In this document: in pieces, positions 10,420 through 20,657 of the stretch | How the letters are laid out: the number at the start of each line of letters is the position of its first letter | How positions within the stretch are numbered: position 1 is the first letter of the stretch | Origin: Kofleriaceae bacterium | GTDB lineage: Bacteria; Myxococcota_A; Polyangia; Haliangiales; Haliangiaceae | DNA: 64,000 bases | Direction: 5' to 3' | Assembly (NCBI GenBank): GCA_965215005.1 | Contig: CBDCCZ010000001.1 | Coordinates: 1-64,000 of the forward strand | The notes under the pieces: model-generated | Told to the model about the DNA's origin: nothing | What the model saw: only the letters and a program-made list of their open reading frames with translations | The model's database searches: none | Translations under genes and position numbers: made by a program

Positions 10420-11174
10420 ACCTCCGCGAAACGAGTCTTTTCCGAGTCTTTGACGATCATGGTGCCCACGTCGGCGCCGCTAACCACCCGCTTGATGTTG
10501 CCCGGCTTGTTCATATCGAACACCACGATTGGCAGCGCGTTGTCACGGCACAGCGCAAACGCCGTGGCGTCCATGACGCGCAGGTCCTTCTTGAGCGCTT
10601 CGATGAACGAAACTTGGTGATAAAGCCGCGCGTCGTCGTGCTTGGCCGGATCTTTGTCGTAGACCCCTATCACCTTGGTGCCCTTGAGCAGCACTTGTGC
10701 GCCAATTTCCATGGCGCGCAGCGCGGCGGCAGTGTCGGTGGTGAAGAACGGATTGCCGGTACCGGCGGCGAAGATGACCACGCGGCCCTTTTCCAGGTGC
10801 CGAATCGCGCGCCGGCGGATGTAGGGCTCAGCGAGCTGAGACATCTCGATCGCGCTTTGTACGCGGGTGGAGAGCCCTCGCTTCTCGAGGGCTTCCTGAA
10901 GCGACACCGCGTTCATCACGGTGGCGAGCATTCCCACGTAGTCGGCCGAGGCTCGGTCCATGCCGCGCGCCGACTCAGAGAGGCCACGAAAGATGTTGCC
11001 GCCGCCTACGACGATGGCCAGCTCGACACCGAGACTGGCCGTATCGCAGATTTCGTTGGCGACGTAGCCGAGAACGGCAGGGCTGATGCCGTTCCCCCCG
11101 ACCTGCGCTAGCGCCTCACCCGATAGCTTGAGCAGAACGCGCTTGTACGTAGGACTCGGTGCATCTTCCGACAT
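10416..11174 (-). CDS. pyrH: UMP kinase
   Basis: [27 protein letters not shown]. Confidence 0.98.
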
Positions 11175-11188
11175 GTCGGAGACGGAGG

Positions 11189-11842
11189 TTACGCCAGGCC
11201 AGCCTGCTTGGCTACCTCGGCAGCGAAGTCGTCCGATCTTTTCTCTAGGCCTTCCCCGACCTCGAAGCGGGCAAAGCGGCGGATCCGGATGTTCTCGCCA
11301 ATCTTGGCGATGAGCTCCTGCGTGAGGCTATCGATGGTCTTCTTGTCGTCTTTGACCCACGGCTGCTCGACCAAGCAGATCTCTTTCATCCACTTGCTGA
11401 TCTGCCCATCGACGATCTTCTCGACGACGTTCTGCGGCTTGCCGCTCTCCTTGGCTGCTTCGAGGCGAATTTGCCGCTCGCGCTCGACCTCGGCTGCGGG
11501 CACTTCTTCGACGCGCACGAACTGCGGGCTCATCGCCGCGATCTGCATCGACACCTCGCGGGTGAAATCCACGAAGTCCTCGTTGCGCGCGACGAAGTCG
11601 GTCTCGCAGTTGACCTCGAGGAGCACCCCAATGCGGCCGTTGCCATGGATGTAGGAGCTCACGAGGCCTTCGGCAGCGGCGCGACCGGCTTTCTTCGCAG
11701 CCTTGGCCAGGCCCTTGGTGCGCAGATAGTCGATCGCTTTTTCGATGTCGGCGTCGCACTCGACGAGCGCCTTCTTGCAATCAGCCATGCCGGCGCCGGT
11801 GCGCTCGCGCAGGTCTTTGATCATTGCGGCGGTAACAGCCAT
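11189..11842 (-). CDS. tsf: Elongation factor Ts (short form)
   Basis: [35 protein letters not shown]. Confidence 0.98.
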   Translation of the reverse strand: MAVTAAMIKDLRERTGAGMADCKKALVECDADIEKAIDYLRTKGLAKAAKKAGRAAAEGLVSSYIHGNGRIGVLLEVNCETDFVARNEDFVDFTREVSMQIAAMSPQFVRVEEVPAAEVERERQIRLEAAKESGKPQNVVEKIVDGQISKWMKEICLVEQPWVKDDKKTIDSLTQELIAKIGENIRIRRFARFEVGEGLEKRSDDFAAEVAKQAGLA

Positions 11843-12070
11843 CTCTTCACTCCCAGAATAACGTGGTTATCGGCAGCGCCCGCTGCCGCAGAGCTCATCG
11901 AATCAGCGCTTAGGAGGCGCGCAGGAATAAATAGTCAGAAGATCGGCGTCTGTGCGCCGGGCTGGCAAGGCGCTCTGAAGGAGTTGGGTCATCCCCAACG
12001 ACCGAAGAGCAACGCCGCCAGCACGGATGCACAGTCGCCTAGAACGGACCATTTATTTCGGAGCGCCGAC

Positions 12071-12934
12071 TTATTCGCCGGTGGGGTTGGCGGAGGCTTC
12101 CGGGGTCAGCTGCGTGCCGCCCTGGGCAATCTCGACCTTGGGACCGTCGCCGCCGGAGGTCACGTGGATGACCTGGTCGTACTGCTCTTCTTCTTGCTTG
12201 CCCTTACCGGTGCCGCGCTCTTTGAAGAGGCGATTGCCGATCACGCAAGCATCGGCGATGCGGCTGGCAAACAGCTTGATCGCGCGAATGGCGTCGTCGT
12301 TGCCCGGAACCACGTAGTCGACCTGGTCGGGGTCGCAGTTGGTGTCGGTCACGGCAAGCACAGGGATCTCGAGCTTGCGCGCCTCGGCAACCGCGATGTG
12401 CTCTTTATTGGGATCGACGACGAACATCATGCCGGGCAGCTTGTTCATCGCTTTGATGCCACCGAGGGACTTGAGCAGCTTCTCGCGCTCGCGGCGGATC
12501 GACAGCTGCTCCTTCTTGGAGAGCTGCTGGAGGATGCCATCTTCCTCCATCTTCTCGAGGCCACGCAGACGGTCGAGCGAGCCCTTCACCGTTTTGAAGT
12601 TGGTGAGCGTACCGCCGAGCCAGCGGGCGGTGACGAACAGCTGCCCTGAACGCTCGGCCTCGTCGCGCATGACGTCGGCGGCCTGCTTCTTGGTGCCGAC
12701 GAACAACACCTGCTCACCGCGTGCGCAGGTATCGATCACCGCCTGGAACGCCTGTCGAAACAGGCGAACCGTGTGCTGCAAATCGATGATGTGAATGCCG
12801 TTGCGGGCGCCAAAGATGTACGGAGACATCTTCGGATTCCAGCGGCCGGTGTTGTGGCCAAAGTGAACCCCCGCTTCGAGCAGGGCGCGCATGCTGATGG
12901 GCGACGAGTCGCGAGTTTGCGTTGCTTCTGACAT
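12071..12934 (-). CDS. rpsB: 30S ribosomal protein S2
   Basis: [42 protein letters not shown] before ATG 12934. Confidence 0.98.
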   Translation of the reverse strand: MSEATQTRDSSPISMRALLEAGVHFGHNTGRWNPKMSPYIFGARNGIHIIDLQHTVRLFRQAFQAVIDTCARGEQVLFVGTKKQAADVMRDEAERSGQLFVTARWLGGTLTNFKTVKGSLDRLRGLEKMEEDGILQQLSKKEQLSIRREREKLLKSLGGIKAMNKLPGMMFVVDPNKEHIAVAEARKLEIPVLAVTDTNCDPDQVDYVVPGNDDAIRAIKLFASRIADACVIGNRLFKERGTGKGKQEEEQYDQVIHVTSGGDGPKVEIAQGGTQLTPEASANPTGE

Positions 12935-13070
12935 GATTTCTCCGTTTGATTCCGCCGACTTCGTCTCAGGTGCTGCGAACCCTCTATGGGCACGGCGCAG
13001 AACCTCGGAAGCCGTGTGTGGTGTTGCTAAAAAGCGGTGCGATTTACCACGCCGCCAGTGGCCTTGGCAA
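12935..13070 (-). promoter_or_regulatory. rpsB promoter and 5' leader
   Basis: TTGCCA-18bp-(TGG)TAAATC, then a CACACAC tract and a GC-rich leader as seen in other rpsB leaders. Confidence 0.45.
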
Positions 13071-13133
13071 GGAGCGATTGTGGCGCGGCGACCCGCGGTG
13101 CGCCGTTTCCCCCGATTCTTGCTTCGCTCGGTA

Positions 13134-14330
13134 TCACTCGATTGTCGAGGCGTCGTGAATGCGTAGTTTTGCTGCCGCGGCCACCGCGCGCTCCCGCGCT
13201 GTGGTGGCGTCCTCGGCGGTCGCCAGCACCACCGCCAGACGCCGGCCGGGCCGCGCATCGGGCTTGCCAAAGATACGCAGGTCGACTCCCGGTTCGGACA
13301 AGACGTCGTCCAGACCCTCATAGACGGGCGCGGCGAGCGTCGATTCGGCCCGCACCGCGACGCTGGCGCCGGCTGCGTGCCGGTCGAGCTGCGCGATGGG
13401 CAGGCCGAGGATTGCCCGCGCGTGCAGCGCAAACTCGCTCCACACTTGCGTCGCCATGGTGACCATGCCGGTGTCGTGTGGCCGCGGGCTCACTTCCGAG
13501 AACACCACGCCGCCATCCTTTAATAGGAACAGCTCGACGCCGAACAGGCCTCGACCGCCGAGCCGGTCGGTCACCGCGCGGGCAATCTCGCGCGCGCGCT
13601 CGAGCTGCTCGTCAGTGATCGGGTGCGGCTGCCAGCTCTCGACGTAATCGCCGCCGACCTGGCGATGGCCCACCGGGTCGCAGAACCGCGTGCCGTTGAC
13701 CGCCCGCACCGTGAGCAAGGTGATTTCACTTTCGAAGGCGACGAACGCCTCGACGATGACTCGCCCAGCACCGGCGCGACCGGCGGTTTGTGCGTACTCC
13801 CATGCCGCTCGCAGCTCAGCCAGATTTCTGGCTGTGGATTGTCCCTTGCCAGAAGAGCTCATGACCGGCTTGACGATGCATGGATAGCCCAGCTCCCCGA
13901 CGGCCGCCTCGAGCTCCTGCTGCGAATCGGCAAAGCGGTAGGCGGCGCATGGCAAGCGCAGCTCCTCGGCGGCGAGCCGGCGAATGCCCTCGCGATCCAT
14001 GGTGAGGCGCGCGGCCTCGGCGGTTGGGACCACGGTGTGGCCCTCGGATTCGAGCGCCACGAGCTCCTGGGTGGCGATGGCTTCGACCTCGGGAACGATG
14101 AGGTCGGGCCGCTCGTCTGTCACCGCCTGGCGCAGGGCCTGAGCATCGAGCATGTCGAAGACCCGCGCGCGATGCGCTACCTGCATCGCCGGCGCCCCCG
14201 CGTAGCGATCGCAGGCGATGACCTCGACGCCGAGGCGCATCAACTCAATCGTGAGCTCTTTGCCGAGCTCGCCGCTGCCGAGCAGCAAGACACGCATCGC
14301 GTGGGGTTGGCCGGGTGTCCCAACTCGCAT
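13134..14330 (-). CDS. purT: Formate-dependent phosphoribosylglycinamide formyltransferase
   Basis: [43 protein letters not shown]. Confidence 0.97.
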   Translation of the reverse strand: MRVGTPGQPHAMRVLLLGSGELGKELTIELMRLGVEVIACDRYAGAPAMQVAHRARVFDMLDAQALRQAVTDERPDLIVPEVEAIATQELVALESEGHTVVPTAEAARLTMDREGIRRLAAEELRLPCAAYRFADSQQELEAAVGELGYPCIVKPVMSSSGKGQSTARNLAELRAAWEYAQTAGRAGAGRVIVEAFVAFESEITLLTVRAVNGTRFCDPVGHRQVGGDYVESWQPHPITDEQLERAREIARAVTDRLGGRGLFGVELFLLKDGGVVFSEVSPRPHDTGMVTMATQVWSEFALHARAILGLPIAQLDRHAAGASVAVRAESTLAAPVYEGLDDVLSEPGVDLRIFGKPDARPGRRLAVVLATAEDATTARERAVAAAAKLRIHDASTIE

Positions 14331-14431
14331 ACGCGGCAGTCTACACGCTCCTACAGCTGCGGCGCCCGCGGGTTGCACTCGCGGCGAGCGAAGCGCTTTT
14401 CAGCGGCCACGGCCAAGGCAATACTGCGGCT

Positions 14432-15925
14432 ATGTTGAGCACCTATTGGCCCCGCCGCGTGATGTCCCTCTGCGGGGCCCTGGCTCTTGTCGCCTGCGGC
14501 TCTTCGCGATCGCAGTCATCTAATGAGCCGACCTCGGCGCCCACCACCGCGCCAGCGGACGTGGCCGAGCCAGTCGCGCCGAATCGCGAGCAGCGGGTCG
14601 CCGAGGCTGTTACCCGCATCGGCGGCATCTCCGACGAGGTGGCGGTGTTGCGCGGGCTGCCGTTCAAAGCTGACGTGCCTGCCGAGTATCAAACCCAGGA
14701 CAACTTTCGCGTCTACGTCAAGTCGGAGCTCGAGCGCGAGCTGCCGGTCGCTGAATCGGCGCTGCAGTCGCGGATCGCGCAGCACCTGGGCCTGGTGCCG
14801 GGGCCGGTGGATCTGGCCAAAGTCCTCGAGGATGCCTTCGTGAGCCAGGCCGGGGCCTATTACGACCCCATGCAGAAGAAGTTCTTCTTCTTGATGGTGG
14901 ACGACCCGACGACTCTCGACACCATGGCCGCGCATGAGCTGGTGCACGCCATTCAAGACCAACACTTCGACCTGCTCCGCTACTATGGGCAACGCGGCGC
15001 TAGCAACGCAGAAGAGCTCACCTCTGATGAGGCCAATGCGCGGCGGTTCGTCGTGGAAGGCGAAGCGACCCTCATCATGCTCGCGTATGCGCCGCGCGCG
15101 GCCACTGGAAATGCGCAGCTAAATCTGCTCGATGCGCAATACGAGAATCAGATGCGAATGACGCTTGGGGTCTTGGGGGCCGTCGATGCAGCGGCCATGG
15201 CCAGTCAACAAAGTGAGATGCTTGCAAAGCTCGAGCTCAGTGACGACATGGCTGCCGCCGCGGAAGCCATGAAAGACATTCCTCTCTTCATCCTCGTGCC
15301 CCTGATGGAGTCGTATACGAAAGGTGCCACCACCGCCTATGAGGTGTTTCGCGCAGGCGGCTGGGAGGCCGTCGCGGCGCTCTATTCCGAGCCGCCGCAG
15401 TCCACCGAGCAGGTGTTGCACCCGCGAGAAAAGCTAGTGGGAAAACGCGATTATCCGGTCGCGTTGACCATTCCCACGCCCAAGGTACTAGAGAGCTGGC
15501 AGCACCTCGACACCGAGGTCCTTGGCGAGCTCGGCTGGCGCGTCTATCTGCAGACGTGGGATGTAGAGGATGCTACTGAGGCTGCCGCCGGCTGGGATGG
15601 CGACCTCTATGCGGTTTATGGCAAACAAGACGCTACCGTCGCCCTGCTGGCGACAGTTTGGGATACTGCCAAAGATGCCCAGCAGTTCTTTGACGGCTAC
15701 GTTGCGTCCTTACGCAAGCGCTTTCCCGAAGCCGCCATCAAGACGAATAGCGCCACGACTCGTCTCACTCGCCCCGATGGCACCGAGCTTCTCGTCAAGC
15801 GCCAAGCCAAGCAAGTATGGATTGTCGATGGTGCGCCCAAGGGACAGGGCCCAGCACTCATGAGCGCGATGGGACGTACTAAGCAACAACGTGACCCGCG
15901 CGAAGCGAGCGGCAAAAAGCCTTAA
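14432..15925 (+). CDS. Lipoprotein with zincin-like HExxH metallopeptidase motif
   Basis: LALVAC lipobox; AHELVHAIQDQHFDL..EGEA; PPQSTEQVLHP; AAAGWDGD. Confidence 0.8.
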   Translation: MLSTYWPRRVMSLCGALALVACGSSRSQSSNEPTSAPTTAPADVAEPVAPNREQRVAEAVTRIGGISDEVAVLRGLPFKADVPAEYQTQDNFRVYVKSELERELPVAESALQSRIAQHLGLVPGPVDLAKVLEDAFVSQAGAYYDPMQKKFFFLMVDDPTTLDTMAAHELVHAIQDQHFDLLRYYGQRGASNAEELTSDEANARRFVVEGEATLIMLAYAPRAATGNAQLNLLDAQYENQMRMTLGVLGAVDAAAMASQQSEMLAKLELSDDMAAAAEAMKDIPLFILVPLMESYTKGATTAYEVFRAGGWEAVAALYSEPPQSTEQVLHPREKLVGKRDYPVALTIPTPKVLESWQHLDTEVLGELGWRVYLQTWDVEDATEAAAGWDGDLYAVYGKQDATVALLATVWDTAKDAQQFFDGYVASLRKRFPEAAIKTNSATTRLTRPDGTELLVKRQAKQVWIVDGAPKGQGPALMSAMGRTKQQRDPREASGKKP

Positions 15926-15949
15926 GCGCCCTGGGCTGTGGAAGTTGGT
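15806..15949 (+). repeat. 144-bp direct repeat, copy 1 (last 39 codons, stop and 24 bp of the lipoprotein gene)
   Basis: 140/144 identical to 18873-19016 by manual comparison. Confidence 0.95.
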
Positions 15950-15959
15950 CGGCCAATCA

Positions 15960-16160
15960 GCCTGCGTGCGCGGTTTGATCACGTAGTCCCACTCTCCGTG
16001 GAATTATCTGGCTCGATCTTCAGCTCCCGCAACTCCTCGGCCGATACCTTCTTGCCGAGCAGACAGCGGCGCCGAGCACGCCCGAGGAGACCGCCGCAGT
16101 TGGTGGTGTTGCTGATCAGGTTGCCGATGGTCTCGTAGGTGCGCAGCGGCCCGCAGCCGC
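15960..16160 (-). pseudogene. ISAzo13-family transposase C-terminal remnant
   Basis: PLRTYETIGNLISNTTN.GGL..GKKVSAEELRELKIE / FHGEWDYVIKPR after a frameshift. Confidence 0.8.
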
Positions 16161-16179
16161 TGCAGCGTCTCACTCGAGC

Positions 16180-18831
16180 TTACAGCCCCGCCAAAACAAA
16201 CGCCTCCGTCACCCATTCAAGAACTCCTACGGCAATCCGGCGCCCATCATCGGAAACGGTCGCGCTCGCAAACCACGTAGCGTCACTGGATCGAATAACC
16301 TGGCAGCGATCATCGAGCGAGCATTTAGCGATTGCGTAGTTATTTCCTCCCATGTGCATGCCCGTTGCATAAAAAAACTCACCGCTCGTATGCCAGCTGA
16401 CTGTCTGAACGTTGCCTGGACTCTCTAGCTCCGTTAGCTCAACGTTGCTCAATTCGACTTCGAACAGCCGACCACTCCCATCTGCCACGATGATCACTTG
16501 CCCATCCGGGTGAATGTCCCAATCGAGATAGAAGCCCTCTGGGTGCTGGATTTGCAAGTCCAGCGGCTGGATACTGCCTCGCATGACATCCAGCTCATGG
16601 AATGTCGCCACTCGGTTCTTGCTCGACGACAAGAGGCAGCGCCCGGAGCGTGCGCACTGAAGAATTCTATTATCTCCTTCCGGAAGCTCAGCCACCGCTA
16701 CCGCATTACCTCGAGCATCGATGCGATGCAACCACGAGCTTCCACCCTCCAGTGGCCGAGTAATCAAGATATCATTCTCTCGAACCGCCGCCGGCGGATC
16801 TCCGGCAATCGATCGCGTGGGTGTACCGGCATACGTACCCTGCAGGTCGAGTAGCTTAAAGCTCCCGCTCATGTCCCGATTCGTAAAGAACAGCAAGCGG
16901 TCTTGCACGAACCCGACAATCCAGAGGCTTGCAGGAGAGCTAATGAGCGTCGCGAAGTCTCCAACCAACAAGCCATTCGAGTTGAGCAACGCCGTTCGCA
17001 TCTCGCGCCTATTGCGCACATCGTGGTAGAGTAGCAGGCGAGCTGCGGGCGCCCATTCGAGAGCAGCAACCTTCCTATGAGGCCACCGATGAACAAGCCG
17101 CGTCTCACCGTCGGCGAGGCTGACCTGAAACAGCTCCGTGTCTCCTCCAACCGCACTGGCAATGAAGAGTCGTTCGGCATCGGGCCAAACGAAACTTGGA
17201 GGGGAATTGTGAAGCCTGAAAGTACGCTCGCCTATCTCGCGGGAACTGCCGTCTTTCGCCGAAACAACTCTAACCACATACGCTTCCGCCTTCGCCTTCG
17301 CCTCTACGTATGCAATTTGACCTCCAGCCGGATCCCATGTCGGGCTGAAGAATGATGGTCTGTTCGATTCAGACTGCGCCAGAACGCGTAAGCTCGTATC
17401 AGCAAGATCATAGCTGACTAATCGACGATAGTTCGTGGCCGCGATCAGTTGCCCGTTGGGTGATAGTTCGATCTCTTGCACATCAGGAATTGTGAATAAG
17501 AGCTGCCACTCCTGCGCAGAGATATTCCATAGCCCCACTGAAAAGGTCGCGCCTTGTTTAATCGCCAGAACCAACTTTCGCTCATCCGGCATGAACTCGA
17601 GATCCCTAATCTCGAAAGCCTTTGGCAGCTCGATCGGGTCTGGTGCTCCCCCCGCCAATTTGCGCAACCACAGCTTGTCATCGGCGCTGTAGACGACATG
17701 ATTTCCGGAAGGAGATAGCTCAGAAAATCCGGAGAACTCTCCTTGGAACAGCACCAACCGCTCATCTAGCTCAGGCAGGGTCGTCGAATCCTCCGGCCCG
17801 TCGGCCTCGCCATGCGGACGCACGATCAGGAGAAGAACGGCCGCTAGCACGACTCCTGCTCCAACGATGATTTTCGCGCCTCGCGAGGGACGAAGCTGAG
17901 CGAGCAGCCCGAGCATGGTTTCGAATCGATGCCCCGGCTGCGGCTGCAAGCCGCGCCGCAGGGCTTGCCAGATGCGGCGTGGAACGCGGCTGCGGCGTGG
18001 GGGCGGTCGGAGGTGACCTGCGGCGACGTTGCCGGCGAGCTCGGCATAGGTGTCGCCGGCGTATGGATGACGGCCGTAGAGGGCTTCATAGAGCGCAACG
18101 CAGAAGGCGAATTGATCGCTTTGCTCGCTGGCGGGCTCGCCGCGGTGCTGCTCGGGAGCCATGTAGCGCGGGGTGCCGAGGACGGCGCCGGTGCGGGTGA
18201 GGGCGGGGCCGGAGCCGAGGCTGCCGCTCAGGTCGGCGGACTCGGTGGGGGAGTCGGGGCCGGTGGCGCGGGCGAGGCCGAAGTCGACAACTTTGGGGAC
18301 TCCGTCGGCGTCGATGAGGACGTTCTCGGGTTTGAAGTCGCGATGAATGATGCCGGCGCGGTGGGCGGCGGCGAGCCCGCGACCGGCGTCACGGAAGACG
18401 GCCACGACGTCTTTCCGAGCCCGCGGCGCGGCGTGCAGCCAATCGCCTAGGCGCTGGCCACGGACGTGTTGCATGATGAGGTAGACGTGCGAGCGGATGG
18501 CGCTGACGCCGTAGACGGTGATGACGTTTGCATGCTCGAGACGGGCCATGGCCTGGGCTTCGCGCAGGAGCCGCTCCTGGCGCGCAGTCCAGGCCATGGC
18601 GTCGCCCGGCGCCTGGCGCAGGAACTTGAGCGCGACCGGCCGGTTGAGGGTAGTGTCGTGGGCGGCGTAGACGATGCCCATGCCGCCTTCGCCGAGGCGC
18701 TCGATGATGCGATATACGTCGACCATCTGCCCCGGCGCCAACGCGGTGGGCAACAGGTCGCCCGCCCCGGGTGCTTCGTCGTGGGTGAGGGTCGTGGCGC
18801 CGTTGGGAGGCTCTAGGGGAGCGTTGGCCAT
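16180..18831 (-). CDS. Membrane Ser/Thr kinase with C-terminal TolB/WD40-like beta-propeller
   Basis: LGEGGMG, ALK, HRDFKPEN, DFG, GTPRYMAPEQ; TM helix IIVGAGVVLAAVLLLIV; repeated SP[SN]G/HPDG blades. Confidence 0.92.
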   Translation of the reverse strand: MANAPLEPPNGATTLTHDEAPGAGDLLPTALAPGQMVDVYRIIERLGEGGMGIVYAAHDTTLNRPVALKFLRQAPGDAMAWTARQERLLREAQAMARLEHANVITVYGVSAIRSHVYLIMQHVRGQRLGDWLHAAPRARKDVVAVFRDAGRGLAAAHRAGIIHRDFKPENVLIDADGVPKVVDFGLARATGPDSPTESADLSGSLGSGPALTRTGAVLGTPRYMAPEQHRGEPASEQSDQFAFCVALYEALYGRHPYAGDTYAELAGNVAAGHLRPPPRRSRVPRRIWQALRRGLQPQPGHRFETMLGLLAQLRPSRGAKIIVGAGVVLAAVLLLIVRPHGEADGPEDSTTLPELDERLVLFQGEFSGFSELSPSGNHVVYSADDKLWLRKLAGGAPDPIELPKAFEIRDLEFMPDERKLVLAIKQGATFSVGLWNISAQEWQLLFTIPDVQEIELSPNGQLIAATNYRRLVSYDLADTSLRVLAQSESNRPSFFSPTWDPAGGQIAYVEAKAKAEAYVVRVVSAKDGSSREIGERTFRLHNSPPSFVWPDAERLFIASAVGGDTELFQVSLADGETRLVHRWPHRKVAALEWAPAARLLLYHDVRNRREMRTALLNSNGLLVGDFATLISSPASLWIVGFVQDRLLFFTNRDMSGSFKLLDLQGTYAGTPTRSIAGDPPAAVRENDILITRPLEGGSSWLHRIDARGNAVAVAELPEGDNRILQCARSGRCLLSSSKNRVATFHELDVMRGSIQPLDLQIQHPEGFYLDWDIHPDGQVIIVADGSGRLFEVELSNVELTELESPGNVQTVSWHTSGEFFYATGMHMGGNNYAIAKCSLDDRCQVIRSSDATWFASATVSDDGRRIAVGVLEWVTEAFVLAGL

Positions 18832-18872
18832 GGGAGCTGGCGAGCTTAGCGCGGGCGCCGGTGGGCGGGTGG

Positions 18873-19016
18873 GCCAAGCAAGTATGGATTGTCGATGGTG
18901 CGCCCAAGGGACAGGGCCCAGCGCTCATGAGCGCGATGGGGCGTAGTAAGCAACAACGCGACCCGCGCGAAGCGAGCGGCAAAAAGCCTTAAGCGCCCTG
19001 GGCTGTGGAAGTTGGT
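18873..19016 (+). repeat. 144-bp direct repeat, copy 2 (orphan gene 3' end)
   Basis: Matches 15806-15949 with 4 substitutions. Confidence 0.95.
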
Positions 19017-19178
19017 GACCAAGGCCCATCATCGCCGATTCTAGGTACTGCAGGCGCTTGTCGCCGAAGAGAAGGACATGCCGTCTGTGGCGCTAAGGGT
19101 AACAGGATTAGAACGAACTGAAGCTGCCCCGATTTGGTGGACACCCGGAGAGGGACTACGGTCCCGGGAAGTTCACCG

Positions 19179-19465
19179 ATGACAAACCGAAGAAAATACC
19201 CGGAAGAGTTCAAGAAGGACGCGGTGCGTCTGATGCTGGCGCGAGGCACGCGCACCATCGCGGAGGTCGCGGCCGAACTCAAATTGAGCCAGAGCATGCT
19301 GCACCGTTGGCATCAGCGCTACGGCGCGGAGGTCACGGGCGGAGCGTGCAGTCTCAGGAAAAGCGCGAGGACGTGGAGCAGATGCGCCGTCAGCTGCGTG
19401 AGCTGCAGCAGGAAAACGCGCTGTTAAAAAAGCGGCGGCCCTTTTCGCGAAAGAAAGTGAAGTAG
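19179..19465 (+). pseudogene. IS3 OrfA (HTH), broken by a 1-bp frameshift near 19345
   Basis: RRKYPEEFKKDAVRL..IAEVA in one frame; MRRQLRELQQENALLKK in another; A-AAA-AAG slip site at 19426-19432. Confidence 0.8.
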
Positions 19466-19467
19466 CC

Positions 19468-20322
19468 GTGTTTCGGCTGATTCACGCGGAGAGGGCCACG
19501 TTTCCCGTCGCATTTTCGTGTCGAGTCCTGGACGTGTCGCGGAGCGGATATTACCGCTGGGCCAAGGGCGAATCATCGGCGCGCGAGCGTCAGGACGGCG
19601 AGCTTGCCGCACACATCCGAGAAATCCATCGTGAGCACAAGGGACGCTACGGCAGCCCGCGGATCCATCGCGAGCTGAGTGCTCTAGGTCGACGCGTGGG
19701 ACGTAAACGAGTCGCACGCCTGATGCGCCAGGAGGGGCTTCGTGGCCGCACTACGCGCCGATTCCGGCGAACGACCGATTCGCGCCACCGTCATCGAATC
19801 GCGCCGAATCTGGTGGCGCGAGACTTCTGTGCAACGCGCATGAACGAGGTCTGGGTCGGCGATATCACGTACGTGCCGACCAGCGACGGTTGGCTGTACC
19901 TAGCCATCCTACTGGACCTGTTCTCGCGTCGGGTGGTGGGATGGGCGATGTCGGACCAGATCGATACCGAGCTTGCGCTCGAGGCGCTTCAGATGGCCCT
20001 GGAGCGGCGCAAGCCGGCGACAGGCCTCATCCACCACACAGACCGCGACTGTCGGTACGCCAGCGACGACTATCAGGCCACGCTGCGCGCACACGGTATT
20101 GTGTCGAGCATGAGTCGTAAGGCTGATTGCTGGGACAACGCGGTCGCCGAGAGCTACTTCGCGACGCTCGAGAAAGAGCTGCTGGCGATAGGCTCGCTTC
20201 AGAGCCGCACAACAATGCGCATCGAGATTGCCGACTACATCGAGACCTACTACAACACCATGCGTCGGCATTCGTACCTCGACTACGTCAGCCCGATCGA
20301 GTTCGAGCTGAGAGCAAGTTAA
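19468..20322 (+). CDS. IS3 OrfB DDE transposase/integrase core
   Basis: YGSPRI, WVGDITY, HHTDR, DNAVAESYF, YYN..RRHS. Confidence 0.93.
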   Translation: MFRLIHAERATFPVAFSCRVLDVSRSGYYRWAKGESSARERQDGELAAHIREIHREHKGRYGSPRIHRELSALGRRVGRKRVARLMRQEGLRGRTTRRFRRTTDSRHRHRIAPNLVARDFCATRMNEVWVGDITYVPTSDGWLYLAILLDLFSRRVVGWAMSDQIDTELALEALQMALERRKPATGLIHHTDRDCRYASDDYQATLRAHGIVSSMSRKADCWDNAVAESYFATLEKELLAIGSLQSRTTMRIEIADYIETYYNTMRRHSYLDYVSPIEFELRAS

Positions 20323-20657
20323 GCACCCAAACCTGTCCACCGAACCGGGTCAACTCCATAAGGAGCAGCGATGTACCCGAGCACCGCAGCAAGTGCCGCG
20401 AGGAGATTCAGTATTACTAATACGACCAGCATAAGCATGCTATAACACTGATTTTGTGGGTTGGTGGACGCTCGCCACCGCCACCCACACGTAAGGCTGC
20501 AAGTCGTCTTGGCCACAAGCTACGCAGCGGCTACATCGTCCGGCAGAACGCCGGTGCTAGCAGCTGGCGTTCGCAGCCGATGAGCAACGCGGCCAGGCGG
20601 GATGGCGCAGGGGCTAGAACGGTTCCTTTGTCTTCGCGCGGCGCCTTGCGCGCTACG

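Larger units (their letters stand above)
19119..20358 (+). mobile_element. IS3-family insertion sequence (about 1240 bp)
   Basis: TG..CA ends; imperfect terminal IRs (TGAAGCTGCCCCGATTTGGTGGACA vs TGGAGTTGACCCGGTTCGGTGGACA, 20/25); orfA and orfB. Confidence 0.93.

Noticed and set aside
11189..11842. Short EF-Ts as a truncation
   Set aside because: A roughly 200-aa EF-Ts form is normal in several bacterial lineages; motifs are intact
11471..12649. Long antisense ORFs here and at 4760, 7580, 26149, 44644 and elsewhere
   Set aside because: Shadow frames of well-supported genes, expected in high-GC DNA
12935..13432. N-terminal extensions in the ORF track (rpsB, permease, acyltransferase, NrdG-like and others)
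   Set aside because: They overlap neighbours or promoters; downstream starts fit motifs and RBS better
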